From: an uncultured Gemmatimonadaceae bacterium
GTDB lineage: Bacteria > Gemmatimonadota > Gemmatimonadetes > Gemmatimonadales > Gemmatimonadaceae
Reading direction: 5' to 3'
Assembly (NCBI GenBank): GCA_963843845.1
Contig: CAWJMB010000002.1
Coordinates: forward strand, 3,200,001 to 3,264,000
DNA length: 64,000 nt
The notes under the pieces were generated by a model. The model had not been told where the DNA came from, made no database searches, and saw only the letters and a program-made list of their open reading frames with translations. The stretch's first letter is position 1; each line of letters begins with the position of its first letter. The translations under genes were made by a program, and so were the position numbers. Shown piece after piece: positions 30,561 through 40,200 of this stretch.

Positions 30561-31154
30561 ATGCGCCTGCTCCGTCGACTCTCTCCCTTCCTCGCGCTCG
30601 CACTCGCGGCGTGCGCGGCACGCGGCCCCTACACGTGGGTCGACCGCTACGCGGCGCCGGCACCGAGCGGTGCGTACACCGTCGGCGTCGGCGACGTCGT
30701 GTCGGTGAGCGTCTTCGGCAGCGACCGGATGTCGGCGCGCTCGAAGGTACGCGCCGACGGGCGCATCTCGGTGCCGCTGCTGAACGACGTCGACGCGGTG
30801 GGACGCACGCCGACCGAGCTCGCCGCGGACATCGAGCGGCGGCTGCGCGCGGCCGAGATCGTGAACCAGCCGCGCGTCACCGTGCAGGTCGACGAGGTGC
30901 GTGCGCTCAGCGTCGCGGTGCTGGGCGCCGTGCCCCGCGCCGGCACCTACGCGCTCGATCAGGGCGCCGGCGTGGCGGAGGCGCTCGCGGCGGCCGGCGG
31001 GCTCACCGAGTTCGCGCACCGCGACCGGATCTACGTGCTGCGGCGCGGCCCGAAGCCGGAGCGCATCCGCTTCGCGTTCGACGCGCTGACGTCGGTCGCG
31101 AGTCGGGCCTCGGTGTTCCGCCTCCTCCCCGGCGACGTCGTCGTCGCCGAGTGA
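30561..31154 (+). CDS. wza: Short OPX/Wza polysaccharide export lipoprotein
   Basis: Lipobox LAAC; 'YTVGVGDVVSV..VRADGRISVPLL..AVGRT', one SLBB, ends 'LLPGDVVVAE' with no C-terminal helix. Confidence 0.88.
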   Translation: MRLLRRLSPFLALALAACAARGPYTWVDRYAAPAPSGAYTVGVGDVVSVSVFGSDRMSARSKVRADGRISVPLLNDVDAVGRTPTELAADIERRLRAAEIVNQPRVTVQVDEVRALSVAVLGAVPRAGTYALDQGAGVAEALAAAGGLTEFAHRDRIYVLRRGPKPERIRFAFDALTSVASRASVFRLLPGDVVVAE

Positions 31155-31161
31155 CGGGGCG

Positions 31162-31332
31162 ATGGGGAAGCTGCTGTTGAACTCGATCCTCATCGCCACG
31201 CTCGCGATCCCGATGCGTGCCGCGGGCGACCCGTCGCCCGTCCGCGGCGTGCGGCGCGCGGTGCTCGGCGTCGTCGCGTTCAACGCGTTCTACCTCGTCG
31301 CGATTCTCTACGTCCTGCCGCGCCTCGGATGA
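31162..31332 (+). CDS. 56-aa two-TM protein missed by the ORF track
   Basis: MGKLLLNSILIATLAIPMRAAGDPSPVRGVRRAVLGVVAFNAFYLVAILYVLPRLG*; its TGA overlaps the next ATG (ATGA). Confidence 0.7.
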   Translation: MGKLLLNSILIATLAIPMRAAGDPSPVRGVRRAVLGVVAFNAFYLVAILYVLPRLG

Positions 31333-32945
31333 CCTTTCCGCTCCGTCCCACCGAACGCCGCCTCGAGGTGCGTCCCGCGCACGAGCGGTACACGCCGCAC
31401 GGCGGCTCGCCGATCGTGCACTCGGCGCATGCCGTGGAGCGGTACCTGATGCCGCCGTCGCCGGCCCCCGCCGCGCCGCCGGTGCCGCCGGTGCCGCCGG
31501 TGCCGCCGGTGGCTCCCGCCGAGCGGGTCGAGCCGCTCGTGGACCTCGCGCAGCTGCGCGAGCTGGCCGGCTTTCCGCTGCGCGCGGTGCGGCGCCGCCG
31601 GCGGCTCTGCGGGTGGCTCGCGGTCGGCGTCGTGGCGGCCGCCGTGCTCGCGGTCGTGCTGTCGCCGCGCACCTATCACGCCGAGTCGCGCATCCTCGCG
31701 CAGAAGAACGTCGTGATGCCGGCGCTGAACAACCCGAAGCGCGCCGTGCCGCTCGAGACCGACGGCCCGACGAAGCTCGCCGCGGAAGCGGTCATGAGCC
31801 GCGACAACCTCGTGCAGATCGTACAGGAGACGAACCTGCTCGCGCACGAGCACGAGTTCCGCTCGCCGGTCGGCCGCGTCGTCGCGCTCGGCATGGCGAA
31901 GCTCGGCTACGAGCGCACCGGCGCCGAGCGGCTCGACGCGATGGTCGAGCTGCTGCGCGAGCGGATGTGGGTCGACGCGAACGAGCAGACCGAAGGGACG
32001 GTCACGATCGGCGTCGACTGGCGGTCGCCGCGCGCCGCGCTCGCGATCGCCAACGTCGCGCAGGACCACTTCCTCGACCAGCGGCACGCGACCGAAGTCG
32101 CCCGCATCGGGGAGAGCATCGCGATCCTCGAGCGGTACGTCGAGGGATCGCGCGCGACCATCGACAGCACGCTCGAGGCGATCGGCGCGTTCCCGCGACG
32201 GCCGAAGGAGCCCGCGCCGCCCGCGTTCGGCGCGTCGGCGCCGCGGGCCGCGTCGACGCCGCGCAGCCGCGAGATCGCCGGCCTGCAGTCGACGCTCGCG
32301 ACGCGCCGCGCGGCGATCCAGGACCTCACCGCGTCGCGTGCCGGACGCCTGTCCGCCGCGAACGCCGACCTGGCCGAGCTGCGCCGCAGCTACGGCCCCG
32401 CGCATCCCGAGGTCGTCGCCGCGCAGGAGACCGTCGCGTCGCTCGCCGCGCCGTCGCCGCAGCTGCAGGCGCTGCGCGCCGAGGAGAAGGGCGTGCGCGA
32501 GCAGCTCGCGGCGATCGGCGCACCGGAGTCGCCGGAGGCGCGCGCCGACGGCGCCGAGTCGCTCATCGCGCGGGCGACGATCGAGCGCCTCGTCCGCGCC
32601 GACACACTCGACGACCCGAAGCTGACCTACGCACAGTCGCGACTCAAGATCGCGACCGCGTCGTACGAAGACCTGCTCGACCGCCTCGAAGGCGCGCGCA
32701 TCGAGCTCGAGACGGCGCGGGCCGCGTTCAAGTACCGCTACAGCATCGTGACGCCGCCGCAGCTCCCGAAGCGCGCGGTGAGCCCGAACGTCGCCGCCAT
32801 GCTGGGCGGCGGCGTGTTCCTCGCCGCCGCGCTCGCGCTGTTCGCGGCGGTCGTGTTCGATCTGTCGAGCGGCCGGGTGCTCGAAGCGTGGCAGATCCGT
32901 CGCCAGCTCGCGCTGCCGGTGCTGGGCGAGGTGCCGAGGGCGTGA
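31329..32945 (+). CDS. Polysaccharide co-polymerase (Wzc/GumC-like, no kinase domain)
   Basis: TM-periplasmic coiled coil-TM; 'SPRTYHAESRI', 'YGPAHPEVV', 'P..P..PN'. Confidence 0.85.
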   Translation: MTFPLRPTERRLEVRPAHERYTPHGGSPIVHSAHAVERYLMPPSPAPAAPPVPPVPPVPPVAPAERVEPLVDLAQLRELAGFPLRAVRRRRRLCGWLAVGVVAAAVLAVVLSPRTYHAESRILAQKNVVMPALNNPKRAVPLETDGPTKLAAEAVMSRDNLVQIVQETNLLAHEHEFRSPVGRVVALGMAKLGYERTGAERLDAMVELLRERMWVDANEQTEGTVTIGVDWRSPRAALAIANVAQDHFLDQRHATEVARIGESIAILERYVEGSRATIDSTLEAIGAFPRRPKEPAPPAFGASAPRAASTPRSREIAGLQSTLATRRAAIQDLTASRAGRLSAANADLAELRRSYGPAHPEVVAAQETVASLAAPSPQLQALRAEEKGVREQLAAIGAPESPEARADGAESLIARATIERLVRADTLDDPKLTYAQSRLKIATASYEDLLDRLEGARIELETARAAFKYRYSIVTPPQLPKRAVSPNVAAMLGGGVFLAAALALFAAVVFDLSSGRVLEAWQIRRQLALPVLGEVPRA

Positions 32946-34525
32946 GGACGACACTGCCGGGGATCGGGGCGGGGGGATGGGGGATCGCCCGGCGATCGTC
33001 GTCCCGATCCTCCATCCCCGACCCCCGATCGCCGGCCCTTCCCCGCGGTACCTGGCTCGTCGCCGCCGTCGTATCGGCGAGCGTCGCCCTCCTCGTCGCG
33101 ACGGGGCAGCCTGCCGCCGCGCTCGCTCCGTTAGGCGGCGTGGCGATCGGCGCGCTGGTGCTGCGCGCGCCGCTGCGGTGGCCGCTCGTCGCGGTCATGG
33201 CGGCGGTGATGCTCGCCGACATCGTGGCGCAGCCGGCGAGCGCGGACAACCCGGTCGCGTTCGCGCCCGCGACGCGCATCCTGCAGCTGCTGCTCATCGA
33301 GAACCTGAACACGCTGACCGGCGTCGGCGCACTCAAGATCGCGGGGATGGAGCTGGCGCTGATCGCGTGCGCGCTGCTCGCCGGCGTGCGCTCGCTCGCC
33401 GGCGCCCGGGTGGACCGCGCCGGCGCCGACCGGTCGAGCGGGCTCGCGCTCGCGGTGAGCGCGGGGGCGTTCGTCGCCGTGCTCGCGATGGAGGGGTGGG
33501 GGGTGCTGCGGGGCGGCGCGGACGTGCGGCAATCGCTGTGGCAGTTCCGCCAGCTGCTGTTCCTCCCGGTGCTCACCGCACTGCTGCTCTACGCGCTGCG
33601 CGGCGTGCGCGACGGGCGCGCGCTGCTCGTGACGGTGACCGGCGTCGCGGCGCTCAAGGTCGCGATCGGGCTCTCGTTCTTCCTGCGCGTGCGCTTCGCC
33701 GGCGGCGCGAAGCCGCAGTCGGTCACGAGCCACGCGGACACGGTGCTCTTCGTCGTCGTGATGGCGCTGTGGGCCGGCGTCGCGGTGGACCGCTTCGCGT
33801 GGCAGCGCGTGCTCGCGGCGGCGGGTGCGTGGGCGTGGATGCTCGTCGGGATCGTCGTCAACAACCGGCGCACCGCGTTCGTGAGCCTCGCCGCGACGCT
33901 GTTCGTGCTGTTCACCGTGCAGCCGCCGCGGCGGCGCCAGCTCGTCGTGCGCGCCGCGATCTGCTGCCTGCCGTTCGGCGCGGCCTATCTGGCCGTCGGC
34001 TCGCGCGTGCAGACCGGCATCTTCGCCCCCGCGGCGAGCATCCTCTCGGTCACGCAGCAGAAGGACGCGTCGAGCGCGACGCGCGACATCGAGAACTACA
34101 ACCTCATCCAGACGCTGAAGCCGAACCGGCTGCTCGGTACGGGGTGGGGGCACGAGTACAACGAGCTCGTGAAGGCGTACGACATCGCCTCGATCTTCCC
34201 GCAGTACCGCTACGTCGCGCACAACAGCGTGCTGTGGCTGTGGAGCATCGGCGGCTTCGTCGGTTTCACCCTGCTCTGGCTGCAGGTCGCCGTCGGGGTC
34301 TTCCTCGCCGCGCGCAGCCACCGGTTCGCGCGGACGACGGCCGAGCGAGCGACGGCGTACGGCGCGCTCGCGGTGTTCACCGCCTACGTGATCCAGGCGT
34401 GGGCCGACATGGGCGTGATGAGCTGGACGACGGTGTCGCTCATGGCCTGCGCGCTCGCTCTCTCGGCGAAGCTCGCCGTGCGCACCGGCGCGATGCCGGC
34501 GCGCCTTCCCCTTCTCGCGAGGTGA
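32942..34525 (+). CDS. wzy: Wzy polymerase / O-antigen-ligase-family membrane protein
   Basis: Multi-TM; 'NNRRTAFV', 'RDIENYN..LLGTGWG..HNSVLWLW..GFVG'; GTGA overlap. Confidence 0.78.
   Translation: MRTTLPGIGAGGWGIARRSSSRSSIPDPRSPALPRGTWLVAAVVSASVALLVATGQPAAALAPLGGVAIGALVLRAPLRWPLVAVMAAVMLADIVAQPASADNPVAFAPATRILQLLLIENLNTLTGVGALKIAGMELALIACALLAGVRSLAGARVDRAGADRSSGLALAVSAGAFVAVLAMEGWGVLRGGADVRQSLWQFRQLLFLPVLTALLLYALRGVRDGRALLVTVTGVAALKVAIGLSFFLRVRFAGGAKPQSVTSHADTVLFVVVMALWAGVAVDRFAWQRVLAAAGAWAWMLVGIVVNNRRTAFVSLAATLFVLFTVQPPRRRQLVVRAAICCLPFGAAYLAVGSRVQTGIFAPAASILSVTQQKDASSATRDIENYNLIQTLKPNRLLGTGWGHEYNELVKAYDIASIFPQYRYVAHNSVLWLWSIGGFVGFTLLWLQVAVGVFLAARSHRFARTTAERATAYGALAVFTAYVIQAWADMGVMSWTTVSLMACALALSAKLAVRTGAMPARLPLLAR
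32957..33035. repeat. GGGGATC/GATCCCC heptamer-built palindromic element, copy 1 (5' end of wzy)
   Basis: ccggggatcgggg...ccccgacccccgatcgccgg. Confidence 0.7.
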
Positions 34526-34529
34526 GATC

Positions 34530-35858
34530 GTGACGATCGACCTGCTGCACGACGTCGCGCTCGCCGGCGCGGGGGTGCTCGCGCTCGCCGGCGTGCCCTT
34601 CGCCGCGGCGGGCGCCTACCTCGGCCTGCTCGGCGCGCTCTCGCGGCGAACGACGGCCCCGGCGCCCGGCGGCTCGACGCGATTCGACGTCGTCGTTCCC
34701 GCGCACGACGAGGCGTTAGGCATCTCGGCGACGGTGGCGAGCCTGCTCGCGGTGGACTACCCGCGCGACCGCTTCCGCGTGCTCGTCGTCGCCGACAACT
34801 GCACCGACGACACCGCCGCGCGCGCCGAGCGGGCGGGGGCGATGGTGCTCGTGCGGGAGGACGCGGCGCGGCGTGGCAAAGGCTACGCGCTCGAGCTCGC
34901 GTACGCGCGGAGCGCCGCCGACGGGTTCGCCGACGCCGTCGCCGTCGTCGACGCCGACACGCTCGTGTCGCCGAATCTGCTCGGCGCGTTCGCGGCGCGC
35001 ATCGAGCGCGGCGCGTCGTGCGTGCAGGCGCACTACGGCGTCCGGAACCTGTCGGCGTCGTGGCGCACGCGGCTCATGGGGGTCGCGCTCGCGATGTACC
35101 ACACCGCGCGGTCGCTGGGGCGCGAGCGACTCGGCGTGTCGTGCGGGCTGCGCGGCAACGGCATGGGCTTCACGCACGACGTGCTGCGCCGAGTGCCGCA
35201 TCACGCGTACTCGGTCGTCGAAGACGTCGAGCAGGGGGTCGCGCTCGGGATCGCCGGCGAGCGCGTGCGCTACGCGCCCGAGGCGGTGGTGCTCGGCGAG
35301 ATGCCGGCGACGGCCGACGCCGCGCGGTCGCAGCGCGAGCGGTGGGAGCGCGGGCGGTGGGCGTTGGTTCGCCGCTACGTGCCGATACTCCTCTCGGCGG
35401 CGCGGCGGCAGTTCGGCTCGCGCGGGTTCCGCGGCGCGCTCCTGCCGCTCGACCTCGCGGCCGACCTGCTGGTGCCGCCGCTCGCGACGGTCGCCGCCGG
35501 CACGCTGCTCGGCGCCGGCGCGACGGCGGGGGCGGCAGTCGCGCTGTACGAGCCGGGCGTCACGCCGGCGGCGTCGCTCACGGGGTCGCTCGCGGCGTGC
35601 GTGCTCGTCGGGGCGGCGCTCTGGGGGACCGCGGTGCTCGGCGTCGCGGTCTACGTGGCGCGCGGGTGCCAGCTCTCGGAGATCGGCGCGCGCGTCGTGC
35701 TCGACCTGCTCGCGGCGCCGGCCTACGTCGCCTGGAAGCTCACGCTCGTGCTGCACCCGACGAAGCGCGCCTCGACGGACTGGATCCGCACGCGGCGCGT
35801 CGGGGAGACCGTGATCGCGACCCCACCTCCTCCAGCAGACACGGAGCGCGCCGCATGA
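34530..35858 (+). CDS. GT2 glycosyltransferase (CESA-like, QxxRW)
   Basis: 'VVPAHDE', 'ADNCTD', 'GKGYAL', 'DAD', 'VED', 'QRERW'. Confidence 0.9.
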   Translation: MTIDLLHDVALAGAGVLALAGVPFAAAGAYLGLLGALSRRTTAPAPGGSTRFDVVVPAHDEALGISATVASLLAVDYPRDRFRVLVVADNCTDDTAARAERAGAMVLVREDAARRGKGYALELAYARSAADGFADAVAVVDADTLVSPNLLGAFAARIERGASCVQAHYGVRNLSASWRTRLMGVALAMYHTARSLGRERLGVSCGLRGNGMGFTHDVLRRVPHHAYSVVEDVEQGVALGIAGERVRYAPEAVVLGEMPATADAARSQRERWERGRWALVRRYVPILLSAARRQFGSRGFRGALLPLDLAADLLVPPLATVAAGTLLGAGATAGAAVALYEPGVTPAASLTGSLAACVLVGAALWGTAVLGVAVYVARGCQLSEIGARVVLDLLAAPAYVAWKLTLVLHPTKRASTDWIRTRRVGETVIATPPPPADTERAA

Positions 35859-36436
35859 CCGCCGTCTCGATCTCGACCCGCCAGATGGCGTTCGACGTCA
35901 CGCAGCCGCCCGACCGACTCTCCGACCCGTCTTCGATGCCGAACGGCAGCAGCAGTAGCAGCGGCGGCAACAGTCTGCGCACGCCGGCCATCGGCCATCC
36001 CGTCGTCACCGACACCGCCGAGGAGACGCGGCCGTGGGACCGGCTGTGGTTCTCGTTGGGCGACCGGCCGTGGGCGACGGTGGCGATCGTGCCGGCGACG
36101 CCGGGGCAGTCGACGCTCGCCGCGGCGAACGCGCTCGCCGCCGCCGGCCGCGCGTACAACGAGTCCCCGGTCTACGTGCTCGACGCGGCGAGCGTACAGC
36201 CGGCGCAGGTCGGCAGCCTGCTGCGCGCCGTGCACGAGCGCGTGCGCGGCGGGGCGCGCATCGTGGTCGCGACAGCCTCGCCGGTCGACCGGCCGGCGAC
36301 CATCCCGGTGACGCGCGGCATGGACACGGCGGTGCTGCTCGTCGAGCTGGGCGCGGCCGACGTCGACGTGTCGCGGCGCGCGATCGCGGCGATCGGGGCG
36401 TCACACTTCGCGGGGGCGGTGACGTGGGCGGCCTGA
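35855..36436 (+). CDS. Putative stand-alone BY-kinase-fold pseudokinase
   Basis: '[18 protein letters not shown]', 'RIVVA..SP..P.T..V....D.AVLLV.LG'; no intact Walker A; context of a kinase-less Wzc. Confidence 0.55.
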   Translation: MTAVSISTRQMAFDVTQPPDRLSDPSSMPNGSSSSSGGNSLRTPAIGHPVVTDTAEETRPWDRLWFSLGDRPWATVAIVPATPGQSTLAAANALAAAGRAYNESPVYVLDAASVQPAQVGSLLRAVHERVRGGARIVVATASPVDRPATIPVTRGMDTAVLLVELGAADVDVSRRAIAAIGASHFAGAVTWAA

Positions 36437-37269
36437 CGGCGGAGCACGTCCGCATCGGCCGCTGCGTCGTGCGACGCGCCACGCGCGCCGGCGCGGTCGA
36501 CGCGATCGCCGATCTGGTCGCCGCGAAGACGGGCGGGATGGTGTTCACGCCGAACGTCGACCACGTCGTGATGTGCGAGGACGACGCGGCGTTCGCGGCG
36601 GCGTACGATCGCGCGGACCTCGTGTTCGCGGACGGCATGCCACTCGTGTGGGCGTCGAAGCTCACCGCGACGCCGCTCCCCGAGCGCGTCTCGGGCTCCG
36701 ACCTGGTGCGCCCGCTCGCGCGGCGGGCCGCTGCGGACGGGTGGCGCGTCTATCTGTTAGGCGGGCGCGCGGGTGCGGCGGCCGAGTCGGCGCGGCGGCT
36801 CACGGCGGAGTACGGCACGCACGTCGTCGGGATCGACGACGCCGTCGTACGGCTCGACGACGAGGAGGGGTATGCGGCCGTGCTGGCGCGGATCGCCGCG
36901 GCCCGCCCGGACCTCGTGCTCGTCGCGTTAGGCTCGCCGAAGCAGGAGGTCTGGCTCGGCCGCGTGCGCGCCGCGCTCTCGCCGGCGGTCGCGATCGGCG
37001 TCGGCGCGAGTCTGGACTTCGTCGCCGGCCAGGTGCGGCGCGCGCCGGCGTGGATGGCGCGCGCCGGCTTCGAGTGGCTGTTCCGCCTCTGCCAGGAGCC
37101 GGGGCGACTCTGGCGCCGCTACCTGCTTCGCGACCCGAAGTTCGTCTGGATCGTCCTTCGACAGATCCGGGAGTCGGGGATCGGGGCTCGGGGATCGGAA
37201 CGTCGATCGCCACCCGATTCCAGATCCCCGATCCCCGATCCCCGGCTCTCCCGCTCGCCCCAATGCTGA
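36424..37269 (+). CDS. WecB/TagA/CpsF (GT26) glycosyltransferase
   Basis: 'TPNVDH', 'ADGMPLVW', 'ERVSGSDL', 'LGSPKQE', 'GVGASLDF', 'EWLFRL..EP.RLWRRY'. Confidence 0.92.
   Translation: MGGLTAEHVRIGRCVVRRATRAGAVDAIADLVAAKTGGMVFTPNVDHVVMCEDDAAFAAAYDRADLVFADGMPLVWASKLTATPLPERVSGSDLVRPLARRAAADGWRVYLLGGRAGAAAESARRLTAEYGTHVVGIDDAVVRLDDEEGYAAVLARIAAARPDLVLVALGSPKQEVWLGRVRAALSPAVAIGVGASLDFVAGQVRRAPAWMARAGFEWLFRLCQEPGRLWRRYLLRDPKFVWIVLRQIRESGIGARGSERRSPPDSRSPIPDPRLSRSPQC
37168..37253. repeat. Heptamer palindromic element, copy 2 (3' end of the GT26 gene)
   Basis: cgggagtcggggatcggggctcggggatcgg...ccagatccccgatccccgatccccggctctcccg. Confidence 0.8.
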
Positions 37270-40200
37270 CCACTCCCGCCGCCGCCGCCCTCGCCCCCGA
37301 GCACGATCCGTTCGCCGGCCCGGCCATCGAGGCCGTCGTCACGACGACCGACCCGCAACGAGAGATCTGGGCCGCGACACGACTCGGAGACGCGGCGTCG
37401 CTCGCCTTCAACGAGGCGGTGACCGTGCGGCTGCGCGGGGCGCTCGACCGCTCGGCGCTGCTCGCGGCGGTCCGCGACGTCGTCGCGCGCCATGACGCGC
37501 TGCGGTCGGTCGTCACCGACGACGGCACGTCGCTCGTCGTCCACGCGGTGCCCGACGACGGCGCGGTCGACGTCTCGTTCGAGGAGCACGACTGGTGTGA
37601 GTCGCTCGTCGAGCGCGCGGTGAACGAGCCGTTCGATCTCGAGCGTGGTCCGCTCGTCCGCTTCGCGCTGCTGCGCGCGGCCGACGACGAGCACGTGCTG
37701 CTGCTGACGGCGCACCACATCGTGTGCGACGGGTGGTCGTTCGGCGTCATCGTCGGCGAGCTCGCGGCCGCGTACTCGGCGCGCGCCGCCGGCGACGCGC
37801 CGGTGCTCGCGCCGGCGGCGCAGTTCAGCGACCACGCGCGCACCGCACGCAGCGACGACGCGCGCGCCGCGACCGACGCCGCCGAGGCGTTCTGGGCGCG
37901 CGCGCTGGCGAGCGCGCCGGCGGCGCTCGACCTGCCGCTCGACCGGGCGCGTCCGGCGCGCCGCACGCACGCGTCGGCACGCGTCGACCACGTCGTTCCG
38001 GCGGCGCTCGTGCGCGACGTCGCAGCCGCCGGCGCGCGGAGCGGCGCCAGTCTGTACGCCACGCTCGTCGCCGGCTTCGGCGCGCTGCTGCACCGGCTCA
38101 CCGGACAGGACGACGTCGTCGTCGGGATCCCGGCGGCCGGGCAGGCGGCGGCAGGCGCGCCGTCGCTCGTCGGGCACTGCGTGGCGATGCTGCCGCTGCG
38201 CCTCAGGGTCGACGCGGCGTCGTCGTTCGCGGCGCTCACGGCGTCGACGCGCGGCGCGCTGCTCGACGCGCTCGAGCACCAGGCGGCGTCGCTCGGCACG
38301 CTGCTCGCCCGCCTCCCGGCGGCGCGCGACGCGAGCCGCCCGCCCCTCATCGCCGCGACGTTCAACCTCGAGCGCGAGCCCGCGGGCGGCGCCCCGGCGT
38401 TCGCCGGGCTCGCGAGCGAGGTGCGCACCGTGCCGCGGACGCACGAGACGTTCGAGCTGTTCGTGAACGCCGTCGAGCGCGGCGGCGCGCTGGCGATCGA
38501 ATGTCAGTACAACACCGCGCTGTTCGACCGCGAGACGGTCGCGCGCTGGCTCGCGTCGTACGAGCAGCTGCTCGCGAGCGCCGCGGCGCGCCCCGAGACG
38601 CCGGTCGAGGCGCTCGCCGCGCGCACCGCCGCCGACGACGCGGTGGACGCGGCGGGCGCCGCGGCCGAGCTGGCGCCGGGGCCGACGACGGTCGCCGCGC
38701 TGCTGAACGACGGCATCGCGGCGGCGATCGCGCGCGCGCCGCACGCGGTCGCCGTCGAGAGCGATGCCGGCTCGCTGACCTACGCCGAGCTGGATCGCCG
38801 TGCGAACCAGCTCGCGCACCGTCTGCGCCGCGACGGCATCCGACGCGGGTCGCGCGTCGGCGTGTGTGTGCCGCGCACGCCCGATCTGCTCGTCGCCCTC
38901 GTCGGCGTGGTGCGCGCCGGCGCCGCCTACGTGCCGCTCGACCCCGAGTACCCGACCGAGCGACTCGCGCTCATGGCGCACGACGCCGGGCTCGACGCGC
39001 TGGTCACGGTCGCCGCGCTCGTGCCGTGCGCTCCCGCCGCCGCGCGGCACGTGCTGCTCGACGACGCGCTGGAGCCGATCACCGCCGAGCCGGCGACGCC
39101 GCCGCCGGCCGTGCCGAACGATGCGCGCGCGGTGCGCGCCGACGACGCGGCGTACGTCATCTACACGTCGGGGTCGACCGGCACGCCGAAGGGCGTCGTG
39201 GTGCCGAACGGCGCCGCGGCGAATCTGCTGCGCGCGGTCGCGGCGTCGCCGGGCATGACCGAGCGCGACGTGGTCCTCGCGATCACGACGCTGTCGTTCG
39301 ACATCGCGCTCTCCGAGCTCGTGCTGCCCCTCACGGTCGGCGCGCGCATCGTGCTCGCGACGCGGGAGCAGGCGTCGGACGGCGCGCTGCTGCGCCGACT
39401 CGTCGAGCGGCGGGGGATCACGTTCGTCGACGCGACGCCGGCGACGTATCGCCTGCTGCTCGGCGCCGGCTGGACGGGCGCGCCGCACGTCCGCGCGATC
39501 TGCACCGGCGAGGCGATGCCGCTCGACCTGGCGCGCGAGCTGCTGCCGCGCGTCGGCGCGCTGTGGAACGGCTACGGCCCGACCGAGACGACCGTGTGGG
39601 CGACGTTCTGGAAGGTCACCGCGCCGCTCGACCGTGTGCTCATCGGCACCCCGATCGCCGGACTCCGCGCCCATGTCCTCGACCGGCTCGGCCGCCCGGT
39701 GCCGACCGGGGCGGTCGGCGAGCTCTACATCGGCGGGCGCGGCGTCGCGACGGGCTATCACGCGCGGCCGGAGCTGACGGCGGAGCGGTTCGTGGCGGAT
39801 CCGTTCGCCACGGCCGGGGAGCGGGGATGGGGGATGGGGGATCGCGTGCCGAGCGCGGTCCCGACGCCCGACGCCCGATCCCCGCTCCCCGGCCCGCGCA
39901 TGTACCGCACCGGCGACCTCGTGCGCCGTCTCGGCGACGGCTCGCTCGAATGCCTGGGCCGCACCGACCACCAGGTGAAGCTGCGCGGCTATCGCATCGA
40001 GCTCGGCGAGATCGAGGCCGCGCTCGCGTGGCACGTGAGCGTTCGGCAGTGCGTCGTCGTGGCGCGCGAGGACCGGCCGGGCGATCGGCGGCTCGTGGCG
40101 TACCTCGTCGGCGACGCGACGGACGACGAGCTGCTGCGCGCGCATCTTCGCCGCACGCTCCCCGAGTACATGGTGCCGGCCGCGTTCGTGCGGCTCGCGC

